A stretch of DNA of 64,000 nucleotides. It comes from a virus. The notes beneath the pieces are model-generated. The model saw nothing but the letters and a program-made list of their open reading frames with translations, was not told the origin of the DNA and did no database searches. Below, piece after piece: positions 46,730 through 56,706 of this stretch. The first letter of the stretch is position 1; each line of letters starts with the position of its first letter. The translations under genes were made by a program, and so were the position numbers. The stretch is taken from the IMG/VR virus record IMGVR_UViG_3300049914_000251, positions 49,819 to 113,818 of that record. One strand, given 5' to 3'.

Positions 46730-48472
46730 TTATAGCGACTGCTCAGGATATATACCTTTGGGGTTATTCGCATCTAATCCCGTAATAGGTTTAGACACCT
46801 CGGATTTCTTTTCTTTCGGGCCCTCACACTCAGCACATTCTCCAGTCGGACCCAAAGACCTCAGCTCCTTCCAACAAGTTTTACACGTGCCATAACCCCT
46901 GGCTGCCTTCTCCAGTTCATACAGCACTACAGCTTTCTCCAATCCCAATGCCTCGACTCTCTTCAACGGAACTCCTTGAACCCAGCCTTTCCCACCGTAA
47001 TTCTGTGCCACTACTACAAACTCCCCATGTGCAGGAATCAGAATTATCTCTCCTAAATCAGGCAAAGGTTCTCCAACCATAAAACTCGCTCTAGCAGTTT
47101 CGCCTACCCTCAAGGCCTTGCGCCATCTGGCTTGCAGAACATCCTTTACCTCTCCGGCCTTTTCTTTCTCACCCCCAACGGCCTCTTTAAAGGCTTCAGG
47201 ATCTCCAGCATGTAAACGATCTGTCAGGCCTCCTACGGCGTGTAATTTCTCCTCACCCTTACTCTCCTTAGGAACATCCTTCTTAGGTACTACTTTCGCC
47301 TGCGGCATTACTGATTTAACTCCCAAAATACCGCCCACATTTAAAATCTGGCCTATCACCTTATGCATTATCTCATAACCAGAATAGCTTTCTACGGCTT
47401 TAGCTTCTCCTCTCTTAGCAGCTTCCTTCCATTTAGCCATTCCCGACTCAGCCCCTTTCATGGCATGCCACAGTTGCTTCTCAGATAGGTCAGCCTTCAC
47501 ACCAGCCACATCACCTTTACGATACGCCCCTATTGCCTTGCCTAACATTATCTTATCAAGACGATCATCCCTTACCTCGTGAGCTAAAGGCCAAAGGTGT
47601 TTCGGCTTAGGCACCACTAATTTCTCATGCGTCAACAATCTTTCCTTGTTTTGAGGAGGTGCTCCTCTAACTACACTTCGCGCTTCACGATAAGCATCCC
47701 GGGCTGCCACTAACCCAATATCAAACCTTGCTCTTGCGACCTTCAAAATTTCAAGCATATCAGGATCACTGGTAGCCTTAATACTATCCACCATAAACTT
47801 AGCCAGCGCTTCCTTTTCATCCGGTTTCAAATCAAAATACTCTTTATTATACTTCCTAGGCTCAGGCTCGACCGCAACAGGATGTCCTTTAGGTAGCTCC
47901 ATACCCATTTTCTCCATGACAAATCTCTGTGCTTTGAGCGGCAAATCTTCCATCTTTATAGCCTGCCCTAATTGCCCATAGGTAATCTTATTACCGTAAT
48001 CCCCAGCATACTGACCAAACCCATTAGGAGCGTAAGGATCCTCATCAAACCCGTAAACGCTACCATCAGGAGTAATTAGAGTATATCGATCTACTGCCTT
48101 ACCTGGCCCCTCATCAAATATTCTCGGTCCTTTGGCTTCTTCGGCCTCCCGTGCTTTAATCCTTTCGGCCTCCCGTGCTTTAATCCTTTCATACTCGGCT
48201 ACCCGTAAATACTTTATTTCAGGCTTAGGAGCTATTTCTTGACCCCCAGCAGCTCCTGGAACTTTCGCAGGTTCAACTATCCTAGCCCCTTCTGGCAGCT
48301 TCTCGCCCTCTTTCATCCACCTGTGAGACTTAAAAGGTACTGCTCCACGATGTACTATAACTTCAACCAGATTATATCCTGGTTTACCCGGATTACTCCA
48401 CCCGGCAAGTTCCAATTCGATATCCTTCTCCAATTCCTTTATAACAAGCTGCTTCTCCAATGATAGTTCCAT
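46730..48472 (-). CDS. Tagged polyvalent head protein
   Basis: Tags at both ends; PGYNLVEVIVHRGAVPFKSHRW; DRYT...P..PNGFGQ module. Confidence 0.65.
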   Translation of the reverse strand: MELSLEKQLVIKELEKDIELELAGWSNPGKPGYNLVEVIVHRGAVPFKSHRWMKEGEKLPEGARIVEPAKVPGAAGGQEIAPKPEIKYLRVAEYERIKAREAERIKAREAEEAKGPRIFDEGPGKAVDRYTLITPDGSVYGFDEDPYAPNGFGQYAGDYGNKITYGQLGQAIKMEDLPLKAQRFVMEKMGMELPKGHPVAVEPEPRKYNKEYFDLKPDEKEALAKFMVDSIKATSDPDMLEILKVARARFDIGLVAARDAYREARSVVRGAPPQNKERLLTHEKLVVPKPKHLWPLAHEVRDDRLDKIMLGKAIGAYRKGDVAGVKADLSEKQLWHAMKGAESGMAKWKEAAKRGEAKAVESYSGYEIMHKVIGQILNVGGILGVKSVMPQAKVVPKKDVPKESKGEEKLHAVGGLTDRLHAGDPEAFKEAVGGEKEKAGEVKDVLQARWRKALRVGETARASFMVGEPLPDLGEIILIPAHGEFVVVAQNYGGKGWVQGVPLKRVEALGLEKAVVLYELEKAARGYGTCKTCWKELRSLGPTGECAECEGPKEKKSEVSKPITGLDANNPKGIYPEQSL

Positions 48473-48822
48473 TACTGCCTCCCCAAAGCTAACCGTGTCA
48501 GGCTAATACCCTTCACTATGTACTCACCCAGTTTAGCCATAGTTGTCTTTAACGCACGCTCTGTATAATAAGTACCCCGCGGTGGTTTTTGCTTAGTCAC
48601 CTTAGGCACTACATGCTCCCTTACATACGCATATGGAGCATGATAATCAATTTCAGCACCATCAGCCGTCTCAAATTCCTCGCCGCTCTGCTTCAATATG
48701 CCCTTCACCACCGGCACATCTAGCTGAGACTCAGCGAATGTTGCTTCCACAAACATCTTAGTCCCTAGCACCAAACCCCTGACGAACTCATCCACATCTC
48801 TCGGATCGATTTTAATTGTCAT
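48472..48822 (-). CDS. HK97 gp10-like neck/tail component
   Basis: SQLDVPVVKGILKQSG...IDYHAPYAYV...YTERAL. Confidence 0.7.
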   Translation of the reverse strand: MTIKIDPRDVDEFVRGLVLGTKMFVEATFAESQLDVPVVKGILKQSGEEFETADGAEIDYHAPYAYVREHVVPKVTKQKPPRGTYYTERALKTTMAKLGEYIVKGISLTRLALGRQ

Positions 48823-48831
48823 TTCATTGTC

Positions 48832-49347
48832 CTAAAAATTGATTCCTAAAAGTGAACCTGCATACAATGTCTCAAACATAAGATCTCCTGTGTAATCTGC
48901 CCATGTACTACCACTATCACCACTATAACAACCATTTCCACCATCATAGGTAGGGGAAGAGAAATCACCACGCCAACCAACATATGTGGCTAGAGTAGTC
49001 ACAGATGTTCTGCACACTATGGCATATTTAGTAAATCCTAAAAGGGAGGCCGCTGACGTAAACGTGATAGTTCTCCACTCAAAAGGAGATGCTGTAGGTA
49101 ATGTATTACCATTTGTTGTTCCTACACATAAATCGCCACCTGTTGGCCGACCATTAACATCAGTGGCCCGAATACTCACTGTCAATGTGCCTGGAGAACC
49201 TAACCTGTAAATTAACAAGGTTACTGCACCAATTCGATAGGGGATTAGATTGGTAAAAGTCATTGCCTTCCAATATACATTAGGATTTCCATTTCCTATG
49301 GCAACGGCAGCGTCGTCATTACTAACATAGGCTTGTCCTCTATTCAT
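48832..49347 (-). CDS. Stand-alone beta-sandwich adhesin-like domain, paralogous to a domain in the giant tail protein
   Basis: IYRLGSPGTLTVSIRATD..GRPTG...KYAIV...S.DSGSTW...DLMF. Confidence 0.65.
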   Translation of the reverse strand: MNRGQAYVSNDDAAVAIGNGNPNVYWKAMTFTNLIPYRIGAVTLLIYRLGSPGTLTVSIRATDVNGRPTGGDLCVGTTNGNTLPTASPFEWRTITFTSAASLLGFTKYAIVCRTSVTTLATYVGWRGDFSSPTYDGGNGCYSGDSGSTWADYTGDLMFETLYAGSLLGINF

Positions 49348-49349
49348 AT

Positions 49350-52300
49350 CTAGAACCCCATTGTTATATAGCTGCAATCATAAGTATTTGCTGCTACTCT
49401 CCACAAAATAACATCATACACACCTGCATTCTGAGTCAAAGAACTTAACGTAGTATTACCTGCCCACGTGAAAGTACCACCACCACCAGTCTTCGCCCAT
49501 GTTATTGCCCTAGCTGTAGCATCTGCCGACTTAATCAATCTTACCCTACACATGCAATCTACACCAGGATCAGTGATAGAAATTGCACATGCCTGATCAA
49601 CTGTACCTGAATGTTGATTTGAAGATGACATATCAAAAGTATGAGAAGCACCTAAATCACCATGTGCTGTAATAGCGGTTATAATACTGTAAAAAGTTGC
49701 CGGAGTACCAGCTGCTCCAGTATCTCCCTGAACGCCATCGCCCTGAATTCCTGTGTCACCTTGACTGCCGGTATCACCTTTGGCTAAAAATGAACCGGTA
49801 TCACCCTGGATTCCTGTGTCACCTTGAACTCCTGTGTCTCCAGCGACTGTAGAATCTGCTCCAGTATCGCCCTGGATACCAGTATCTCCAGCGACTGTAG
49901 AATCTGCTCCGGTGTCACCTTGACTGCCGGTGTCACCAGTTATGCCCGTGTCACCAGCGACTGTAGAATCTGCTCCAGTATCACCCTGAATACCCGTGTC
50001 TCCCTGAACTCCTGTATCTCCAGCGACTGTAGAATCTGCTCCAGTATCTCCCTGAACGCCTGCCCCTGTATCGCCCTGAATTCCTGTGTCACCTTGAATT
50101 CCTGTATCTCCAGCGACTGTAGAATCAGCTCCAGTATCACCCTGGATTCCTGTATCACCCTGGATACCTGTATCACCAGCTACATTTGAATCAGCTCCCG
50201 TATCGCCCTGGATACCAGTATCGCCCTGGATGCCTGTATCTCCAGCGACTGTAGAATCAGCTCCGGTGTCACCCTGGATTCCTGTATCACCCTGAATTCC
50301 TGTATCACCAGCTACAGTTGAATCAGCTCCTGTATCACCTGTTATGCCTGTGTCTCCCTGGATTCCTGTGTCACCCTGAATTCCTGTATCTCCAGCGACT
50401 GTTGAATCAGCTCCAGTATCACCCTGGATTCCCGTGTCACCCTGGATTCCCGTGTCTCCAGCGACTGTAGAATCTGCTCCCGTATCGCCCTGAATACCCG
50501 TGTCTCCCTGAACTCCTGTATCTCCCTGGATACCTGTATCACCCTGAATACCCGTGTCTCCCTGAATTCCGGTGTCTCCCTGAATTCCGGTGTCTCCCTG
50601 AATTCCGGTGTCTCCCTGAATTCCGGTGTCGCCAGTTATACCTGTATCTCCCTGGATACCTGTATCTCCAGCGACTGTTGAATCAGCTCCAGTATCACCC
50701 TGGATTCCCGTGTCACCAGCCATGCCCGTATCGCCCTGGATACCAGTATCGCCCTGAATACCCGTGTCACCCTGAATTCCTGTATCACCAGCTACATTTG
50801 AATCAGCTCCCGTATCGCCCTGGATACCAGTATCGCCCTGGATACCAGTATCTCCAGCGACTGTAGAATCTGCTCCGGTGTCACCTTGACTGCCGGTGTC
50901 ACCAGTTATGCCCGTGTCACCAGCGACTGTAGAATCAGCTCCAGTATCACCCTGGATTCCTGTGTCACCCTGGATACCTGTATCCCCAGCGACTGTTGAA
51001 TCAGCCCCTGTATCGCCCTGAATTCCTGTATCTCCCTGGATACCTGTATCTCCCTGGATACCTGTATCGCCCGTGATGCCTGTGTCTCCCTGAATTCCTG
51101 TGTCTCCCTGAATTCCCGTGTCACCCTGGATTCCCGTGTCTCCCTGAATTCCCGTGTCACCCTGGATACCTGTATCTCCAGCGACTGTTGAATCTGCTCC
51201 GGTGTCACCCTGGATACCAGTGTCTCCAGTTATGCCCGTATCACCCTGAACGCCTATGCCAGTATCACCCTTCCCGCCTAAGAAAGAAAGATTTACTATA
51301 ACCCCATCCCCGTTACTAAAAGGTGGTGTTGTAAAAGACTCGATATAGTCAACATTAAACACCATCCACGAAGTGTTGTCAACAAAACCTGTTATCCAAG
51401 CGTCCCAAAACCTACTTGCACCGTTGTTCTGATTAACTAATTTAGCAATAGGAGAATCACCTTGTGATAAGGCATATACAATAGTTTGCCAAAAAGCCGT
51501 CCTGTTATTGCTATCAGCATCTACCATACTGACAAAAATCTTAGTTACCCACATTTCTACTGCATTATTAAATCTTAAATTACCACTACCTGGATTTGAT
51601 TCAGTCAAAGTATCATCAAACAAATACCTTGATGAAAAACCAGCATACACACCTTGAATTCCCGTGTCTCCTTGAACCGTAGAATCAGCTCCCGTATCAC
51701 CCTGGATTCCTGTATCTCCAGCGACTGTAGAATCAGCTCCAGTGTCACCCTGGATACCTGTATCTCCCTGGATTCCTGTATCTCCAGCGACTGTTGAATC
51801 AGCTCCAGTGTCTCCCTGAATTCCCGTGTCACCTTGCTCTCCCGTATCCCCAGCGACTGTTGAATCAGCTCCAGTATCACCCTGGATACCTGTATCGCCC
51901 GTGATGCCTGTGTCTCCCTGAATTCCTGTGTCACCCTGAATTCCTGTGTCACCCTGAATTCCTGTGTCTCCCTGAATTCCCGTGTCACCCTGGATTCCCG
52001 TGTCACCAGCTATGCCCGTGTCACCCTGGATTCCCGTGTCACCCTGGATGCCTGTATCTCCAGCTACATTTGAATCAGCTCCGGTGTCTCCTTGAACTCC
52101 GGTGTCACCCTGGATACCTGTATCGCCCGTGATGCCTGTGTCACCCTGAATTCCTGTGTCACCCTGAATTCCTGTGTCTCCCTGAATTCCTGTGTCACCC
52201 TGGATTCCTGTGTCACCAGCTATGCCCGTGTCACCCTGGATTCCCGTATCGCCCTGAATTCCCGTATCACCGATTATTCCGGTGTCACCTTGAATACCCG

Positions 52301-53045
52301 TATCTCCCTGGATACCTGTGTCACCTTGAATACCCGTATCTCCCTGGATACCTGTGTCACCTTGAATACCCGTATCTCCCTGGATACCTGTGTCACCTTG
52401 ACTGCCTGTGTCACCTTTGTCACCTTGACTGCCTGTGTCACCTTGACTGCCTGTGTCACCTTGACTGCCTGTGTCACCTTTGTCACCTTGACTGCCTGTG
52501 TCACCTTGACTGCCTGTGTCACCTTGACTGCCTGTGTCACCTTGACTGCCTGTGTCTCCCTGGATACCTGTATCTCCCTGGATACCTGTATCTCCCTGGA
52601 TACCTGTATCGCCTTGAATTCCAGTATCGCCTTGAATTCCCGTGTCACCCTGAATTCCCGTGTCACCCTGTATTCCTGTATCACCGTCTAATCCCGCTGT
52701 GCCTGTGTCGCCTTTTACTCCACTACTCGCATCATACCACTTCGTACCATCATAAACCAAAGTCAGCATAAGCAGAATTTCATCCTGCTCTGACCGAAGA
52801 TAAATATTATCTACATTATGTTTAACCGTAATTACATGTGCCGGATTTGCTGCCTGAAGAACTATAATATCACCTGAAAGATAACTGTTACTAATGGTCG
52901 TCAGATCATCAGATACAGCAGCTCCTTCTGAATCAACGGAATAGAACATTCCCCAATCATCAATACTTATAGCTCCTGCTGCTATTACCTTTGCCGCAAA
53001 AGGAGACGACGCAAATACTTTTCTATAAGTTCCCATTATACCCAT
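49350..53045 (-). CDS. Large collagen-like fibre protein with N-terminal, central and C-terminal globular domains
   Basis: Two long GDT-GIQ tracts around a YLFDDT...PGSGNLRFNN domain. Confidence 0.85.
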   Translation of the reverse strand: MGIMGTYRKVFASSPFAAKVIAAGAISIDDWGMFYSVDSEGAAVSDDLTTISNSYLSGDIIVLQAANPAHVITVKHNVDNIYLRSEQDEILLMLTLVYDGTKWYDASSGVKGDTGTAGLDGDTGIQGDTGIQGDTGIQGDTGIQGDTGIQGDTGIQGDTGIQGDTGSQGDTGSQGDTGSQGDTGSQGDKGDTGSQGDTGSQGDTGSQGDKGDTGSQGDTGIQGDTGIQGDTGIQGDTGIQGDTGIQGDTGIQGDTGIIGDTGIQGDTGIQGDTGIAGDTGIQGDTGIQGDTGIQGDTGIQGDTGITGDTGIQGDTGVQGDTGADSNVAGDTGIQGDTGIQGDTGIAGDTGIQGDTGIQGDTGIQGDTGIQGDTGIQGDTGITGDTGIQGDTGADSTVAGDTGEQGDTGIQGDTGADSTVAGDTGIQGDTGIQGDTGADSTVAGDTGIQGDTGADSTVQGDTGIQGVYAGFSSRYLFDDTLTESNPGSGNLRFNNAVEMWVTKIFVSMVDADSNNRTAFWQTIVYALSQGDSPIAKLVNQNNGASRFWDAWITGFVDNTSWMVFNVDYIESFTTPPFSNGDGVIVNLSFLGGKGDTGIGVQGDTGITGDTGIQGDTGADSTVAGDTGIQGDTGIQGDTGIQGDTGIQGDTGIQGDTGITGDTGIQGDTGIQGDTGIQGDTGADSTVAGDTGIQGDTGIQGDTGADSTVAGDTGITGDTGSQGDTGADSTVAGDTGIQGDTGIQGDTGADSNVAGDTGIQGDTGIQGDTGIQGDTGMAGDTGIQGDTGADSTVAGDTGIQGDTGITGDTGIQGDTGIQGDTGIQGDTGIQGDTGIQGDTGIQGDTGVQGDTGIQGDTGADSTVAGDTGIQGDTGIQGDTGADSTVAGDTGIQGDTGIQGDTGITGDTGADSTVAGDTGIQGDTGIQGDTGADSTVAGDTGIQGDTGIQGDTGADSNVAGDTGIQGDTGIQGDTGADSTVAGDTGIQGDTGIQGDTGAGVQGDTGADSTVAGDTGVQGDTGIQGDTGADSTVAGDTGITGDTGSQGDTGADSTVAGDTGIQGDTGADSTVAGDTGVQGDTGIQGDTGSFLAKGDTGSQGDTGIQGDGVQGDTGAAGTPATFYSIITAITAHGDLGASHTFDMSSSNQHSGTVDQACAISITDPGVDCMCRVRLIKSADATARAITWAKTGGGGTFTWAGNTTLSSLTQNAGVYDVILWRVAANTYDCSYITMGF
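49710..52715. repeat. Collagen-coding tandem repeats (two tracts, interrupted at ~51275-51650)
   Basis: Visible in DNA; same units as 28950-30445. Confidence 0.9.
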
Positions 53046-53653
53046 ACCTCCAGTTGACCATCAAGACCTTCTCTAAACCCCTGTGATATCAAAACATTAC
53101 CACCAGGAACGGCTCCGCTAGTACGCAACCTAACATCGTACTCAACATCATCATAAAACAACCCCTCTCCACTCGGAACATAAACAACAGCAAAACCATA
53201 AACATCGCCTGTTCCACCTCCTCCACCTGTACCTGTATCACCTTTAAATCCTTGTGACCCTTGGACACCGGTGTCACCTTTCCTTCCCGTTATCAATAAC
53301 CTGCCTAACCTGTCATGTACCTCAAGACTATCCCCGTCCGTCCTCAAAGAATAACCAGCGCCCAGGCTTAAATCAAAGGGTATAAGCGGCCTTCTCCATC
53401 CGTCTTTAGGTAATAGATAAAGATTCACAGTAACGGGGCCGCTGTCTATATTAACAATAATAACAAGGTCTGCTTTTGTAATAGCAGTTGCCACATACAA
53501 AACCCCCGGCTCTTCTCCTGCATCCCTCATTGGAATAAACCCGTTAGTAATTTCCTTCCAAACATCACCGTCCTTTCCATAAATAGAAAATTGAAGGGTT
53601 GCAGCTTTTGAAGCAGATCCTGTCATACTATCACCCGGGTTTAAAATCATCAT
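53036..53653 (-). CDS. Virion protein with short collagen segment; paralog of next gene
   Basis: ILNPGD...LYLLPKDGW...LGAGYSL shared. Confidence 0.65.
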   Translation of the reverse strand: MMILNPGDSMTGSASKAATLQFSIYGKDGDVWKEITNGFIPMRDAGEEPGVLYVATAITKADLVIIVNIDSGPVTVNLYLLPKDGWRRPLIPFDLSLGAGYSLRTDGDSLEVHDRLGRLLITGRKGDTGVQGSQGFKGDTGTGGGGGTGDVYGFAVVYVPSGEGLFYDDVEYDVRLRTSGAVPGGNVLISQGFREGLDGQLEVWV

Positions 53654-54054
53654 GATGTCACCTGTAACTGCCCCAACTTATCATAAACATTAACAAAATC
53701 ACCATTAGTATGAAGAGAATACCCGGCTCCTAATTGCAACGCAAACGGAATTATCGACTTAATCCACCCGTCTTTAGGTAATAGATACAATTCAGTTCTA
53801 CGCGAAGTTACAGAATCCGTATTTACTGCTATGACAAGATAAATAAGTACAGAAACCACATCATCAGGAGCTGTGTACAAATCTCCAGGATCTATTACCC
53901 CAGGATCTGGATTTTCCTCTGGAAGAAATCCCTCCCCTAACCTTTTATATGTCGTACCGCTGCTTCTAATCACAGCCCCAAATATCAAATACGTCACGAT
54001 ACTGGCTCTGGAAGCACACCCCTGAAGTTTATCCCCGGGATTCAATACGAGCAT
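53650..54054 (-). CDS. Virion protein; paralog of 53036-53653
   Basis: VLNPGD...LYLLPKDGW...LGAGYSL. Confidence 0.65.
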   Translation of the reverse strand: MLVLNPGDKLQGCASRASIVTYLIFGAVIRSSGTTYKRLGEGFLPEENPDPGVIDPGDLYTAPDDVVSVLIYLVIAVNTDSVTSRRTELYLLPKDGWIKSIIPFALQLGAGYSLHTNGDFVNVYDKLGQLQVTS

Positions 54055-54096
54055 CTAACCTCCGAGTCCTAACTGGATTTCTTACTAGCACTTCCT

Positions 54097-54651
54097 TCAC
54101 TTCTTTACTTGCTTGGACTTGTCAGACCCTGTAGGATCGACAGCCTCTGCTGGTTGTGCAATATCAGGCACTTCCGAAGGCTTAACATCGCCTTTAGCAT
54201 GAACCTGCTCCGGATCCTCTGACTTTTTCATTGATGATGTACTTATCTGTTCCCCACCCATCATATAGCGATCTTTAGGCTTAACCGCCTTGGATCTAGG
54301 CCCTCTGAGCAGACCGGTTTCGGAACTTTCTGCATATCCCCTTAAGGTTCCACCCGGATATTGTTTCTCTCCACCCGGCTTTGCCATTTCTCCAGAAGGA
54401 ACTTTCTTCTCCAACTCATGCAGCACTACAGCCTTCTCGAGATCCAATATCTCAGCCTTCTCGAGATCCTTTGCGATATCTGCTTCAAACTCCTTCTCAT
54501 ACTCAGCACATTTCTCCTCATCAGCTCCTGACTCAGAAGGCCACTGACCTGTAATTTTCTTATGCACCGTAGCACAGTATGCCTGTGGATTAGATTTATC
54601 TTTGTTTGCAGCCACACATGCAGCGAAGTTCTTATACTCCCCGAACGGCAT
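54097..54651 (-). CDS. Tagged head protein with N-terminal PFG.Y..F..CV..N....NP.AYC module
   Basis: DLEKAEILDLEKAVVLHELEKK; GGAGGT SD. Confidence 0.65.
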   Translation of the reverse strand: MPFGEYKNFAACVAANKDKSNPQAYCATVHKKITGQWPSESGADEEKCAEYEKEFEADIAKDLEKAEILDLEKAVVLHELEKKVPSGEMAKPGGEKQYPGGTLRGYAESSETGLLRGPRSKAVKPKDRYMMGGEQISTSSMKKSEDPEQVHAKGDVKPSEVPDIAQPAEAVDPTGSDKSKQVKK

Positions 54652-54679
54652 ATTTACCTCCTATCACTCTGAACCTTTA

Positions 54680-54713
54680 GGAGCCGTCCAAGCCTCTTAA
54701 CCCAGACGGCTCC
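54680..54713 (-). terminator. Intergenic hairpin
   Basis: GGAGCCGTC/GACGGCTCC stem. Confidence 0.4.
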
Positions 54714-54720
54714 AGTAAAC

Positions 54721-55281
54721 CTACATTAACTTCTTTATAGCCGTTATATCCAAACAGTTTACTACACCATCTCCGTTAACGTCAGCTTCTGATGTCACCG
54801 TCACGAGTTCGAGTATCATCTGTTCGACTAAGGCGATATCCGTTGCGCCTACTAAACCATCTCCATCGACATCGCCAACAACAGAGATGGATAATGCGTT
54901 TCCCAGCCACGTTGCCGGTATCTGAACTCCCTGATTATTTCCTAAGATGCCATTTGAATAGGCTAGGACACTTGTTTTCTTAAAAGAAACTACCTCAAAA
55001 ATCACCTCTGCCAAATACCCTGCTCCGCTTACTCCTGCCAGTTCCGGCAAATTATTTATTATTCTCAATTTGCCATTACCAAAATCCCGCCACATATCTA
55101 TAGGAACAACAGTAGTTCCTATAATACCATCTTTTAATTGCACTATAGACAGCACGGCAGCATCAAAATCGATATCATAATTAGCAGCATCAAAATCCAC
55201 AACGCCATCCACCGTAACTTTAGCACTGAACTGATCTCCTACCTTTACCTTACTTGGAATTGCCAGATTTACTACCGTCAT
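54721..55281 (-). CDS. Cohesin + dockerin domain protein
   Basis: VGDQF..KV.V..V.DFDAANYDI.FD..VL...GAGYLA.V.F; two EF-hand-like loops GDVDGDG.V...D and DVNGDG.VN.LD. Confidence 0.8.
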   Translation of the reverse strand: MTVVNLAIPSKVKVGDQFSAKVTVDGVVDFDAANYDIDFDAAVLSIVQLKDGIIGTTVVPIDMWRDFGNGKLRIINNLPELAGVSGAGYLAEVIFEVVSFKKTSVLAYSNGILGNNQGVQIPATWLGNALSISVVGDVDGDGLVGATDIALVEQMILELVTVTSEADVNGDGVVNCLDITAIKKLM

Positions 55282-55289
55282 TTATCCTC

Positions 55290-55514
55290 CTAGCCCTGCT
55301 TGGGTTGATTATTACCATTGATACGTTTAATAGAATCATTGATTACTTTATTAGCAAGGAATCCGGTAATTATAACGCCTACCCAAGTTCCTATCATGGG
55401 TAATACCTGTTCAACTTCTAATTTACCTTGAAAGGCCATTATACCCATGATTGAGAACGACCCCACCAGAATAATTCCCCCGAACAAAGCAGTCGCGTTC
55501 CAATTCTCAAACAT
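55290..55514 (-). CDS. Small two-TM membrane protein (holin-like)
   Basis: Two hydrophobic helices, charged/polar C-terminus. Confidence 0.55.
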   Translation of the reverse strand: MFENWNATALFGGIILVGSFSIMGIMAFQGKLEVEQVLPMIGTWVGVIITGFLANKVINDSIKRINGNNQPKQG

Positions 55515-55523
55515 TCTTCCCTC

Positions 55524-55922
55524 CTATCCTGTCGAATTAGAAGGCCATCCCATTGCCTTCTCCTCTTTAGGTTTATTCTCAGCTGCCAATTCTTTCTTTG
55601 ACGGCAACCTGTGTTTCAAATCAGGATGACTCCTCAACTGCCTGTAGGGATCCTCTACATCTCCATAAGGATACATCCTACTAGGCTCTGTCTCACCCTT
55701 AAAATGAGATGACATGTCACCCTCTTTTGCTATGACCTTCTGCTCTTTCGGCTCCTCTCCGGTCTGAGGATTTACATACCGTACTGCCTGAATATCATGT
55801 TTACCGCTCTTGACTGTAATCAGCCTAGGCTCAACATTAGTTAAATGTTTAAAATGGCCTACAACCACTCCTTTGCACAGCTCATACAAAACTATTGCTT
55901 TCTCAAGTTCCTTATTCATCAA
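55524..55922 (-). CDS. Small tagged head protein
   Basis: ELEKAIVLYELCKG then PRLITVKSGKHDIQAVRYVNP. Confidence 0.65.
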   Translation of the reverse strand: MMNKELEKAIVLYELCKGVVVGHFKHLTNVEPRLITVKSGKHDIQAVRYVNPQTGEEPKEQKVIAKEGDMSSHFKGETEPSRMYPYGDVEDPYRQLRSHPDLKHRLPSKKELAAENKPKEEKAMGWPSNSTG

Positions 55923-56095
55923 ACCTCCACTCTACGTGTTCCACACTTGGCACAATAAATGTCCTTACGCTGCATTTCTCTGTCACAAACGAGACAGCGT
56001 AAACTTCGTGGATCCACAACAAGAAAATCCCCGCATCTGAAACAGTACTCATCTGCTTCAGGCCTAGTCTGCTTACACCTGCTACAAAACTTCAT
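55919..56095 (-). CDS. Double zinc ribbon protein (58 aa; not in ORF track)
   Basis: MKFCSRC...YCFRCG...RCLVC...YCAKCG; overlaps both neighbours. Confidence 0.8.
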   Translation of the reverse strand: MKFCSRCKQTRPEADEYCFRCGDFLVVDPRSLRCLVCDREMQRKDIYCAKCGTRRVEV

Positions 56096-56706
56096 TAAAC
56101 CCCTTTCCAGAGCCTAATAAGCCTCAGGTCCTCTTTCGTCTTCTCAACATGACAATCCTTGCTCATCACCTGCAAATTTGTCCATGCATCCGTTCCGCCT
56201 AACGCTCTGGGTATAAGATGATCACACTCCAATTTGCTAACATCGGTTTCACCACAAACTACACATGGTTCCTTAAGAACATAAATAAGAAAAGCTGCTT
56301 TATGTTTCCACGTGTTCTTATGCCTCTCTAAGCAACCTTTGATGTACAAACGACCCTTCTCAGTTTGTAAATAACGCCTATGCGCCTCACCATGCAATTT
56401 CCTAGCCCTCTCAGTCGAAGTATATTGACTACGTTTTTCTGGATGCTCCCTGCCCCAAGTATTTGCCCTCGATATACACTCCTCCGCATGTCGTTCATAA
56501 TAAGCCTTATCTCTTTGAGGCTTTCGAGTTTTAGCGTTACCATCGGGATGGATCTCATTACTCCGACTAGAATCAATCTGATTACCCATCACCCTACGGA
56601 CGCAAGAACTGGTACATCCCACAGTTCTAGCCGTCAACCTGATACCATACCCTTTATAAAGGTACAGAAACCTTATCAAAGCATGATTATAAACCCTATT
56701 TCTCAT
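56095..56706 (-). CDS. HNH endonuclease with N-terminal HTH
   Basis: CVVCG...CDHLIPRALGGT..W.NLQVMS.DCH; TGATG overlap with portal stop. Confidence 0.82.
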   Translation of the reverse strand: MRNRVYNHALIRFLYLYKGYGIRLTARTVGCTSSCVRRVMGNQIDSSRSNEIHPDGNAKTRKPQRDKAYYERHAEECISRANTWGREHPEKRSQYTSTERARKLHGEAHRRYLQTEKGRLYIKGCLERHKNTWKHKAAFLIYVLKEPCVVCGETDVSKLECDHLIPRALGGTDAWTNLQVMSKDCHVEKTKEDLRLIRLWKGV

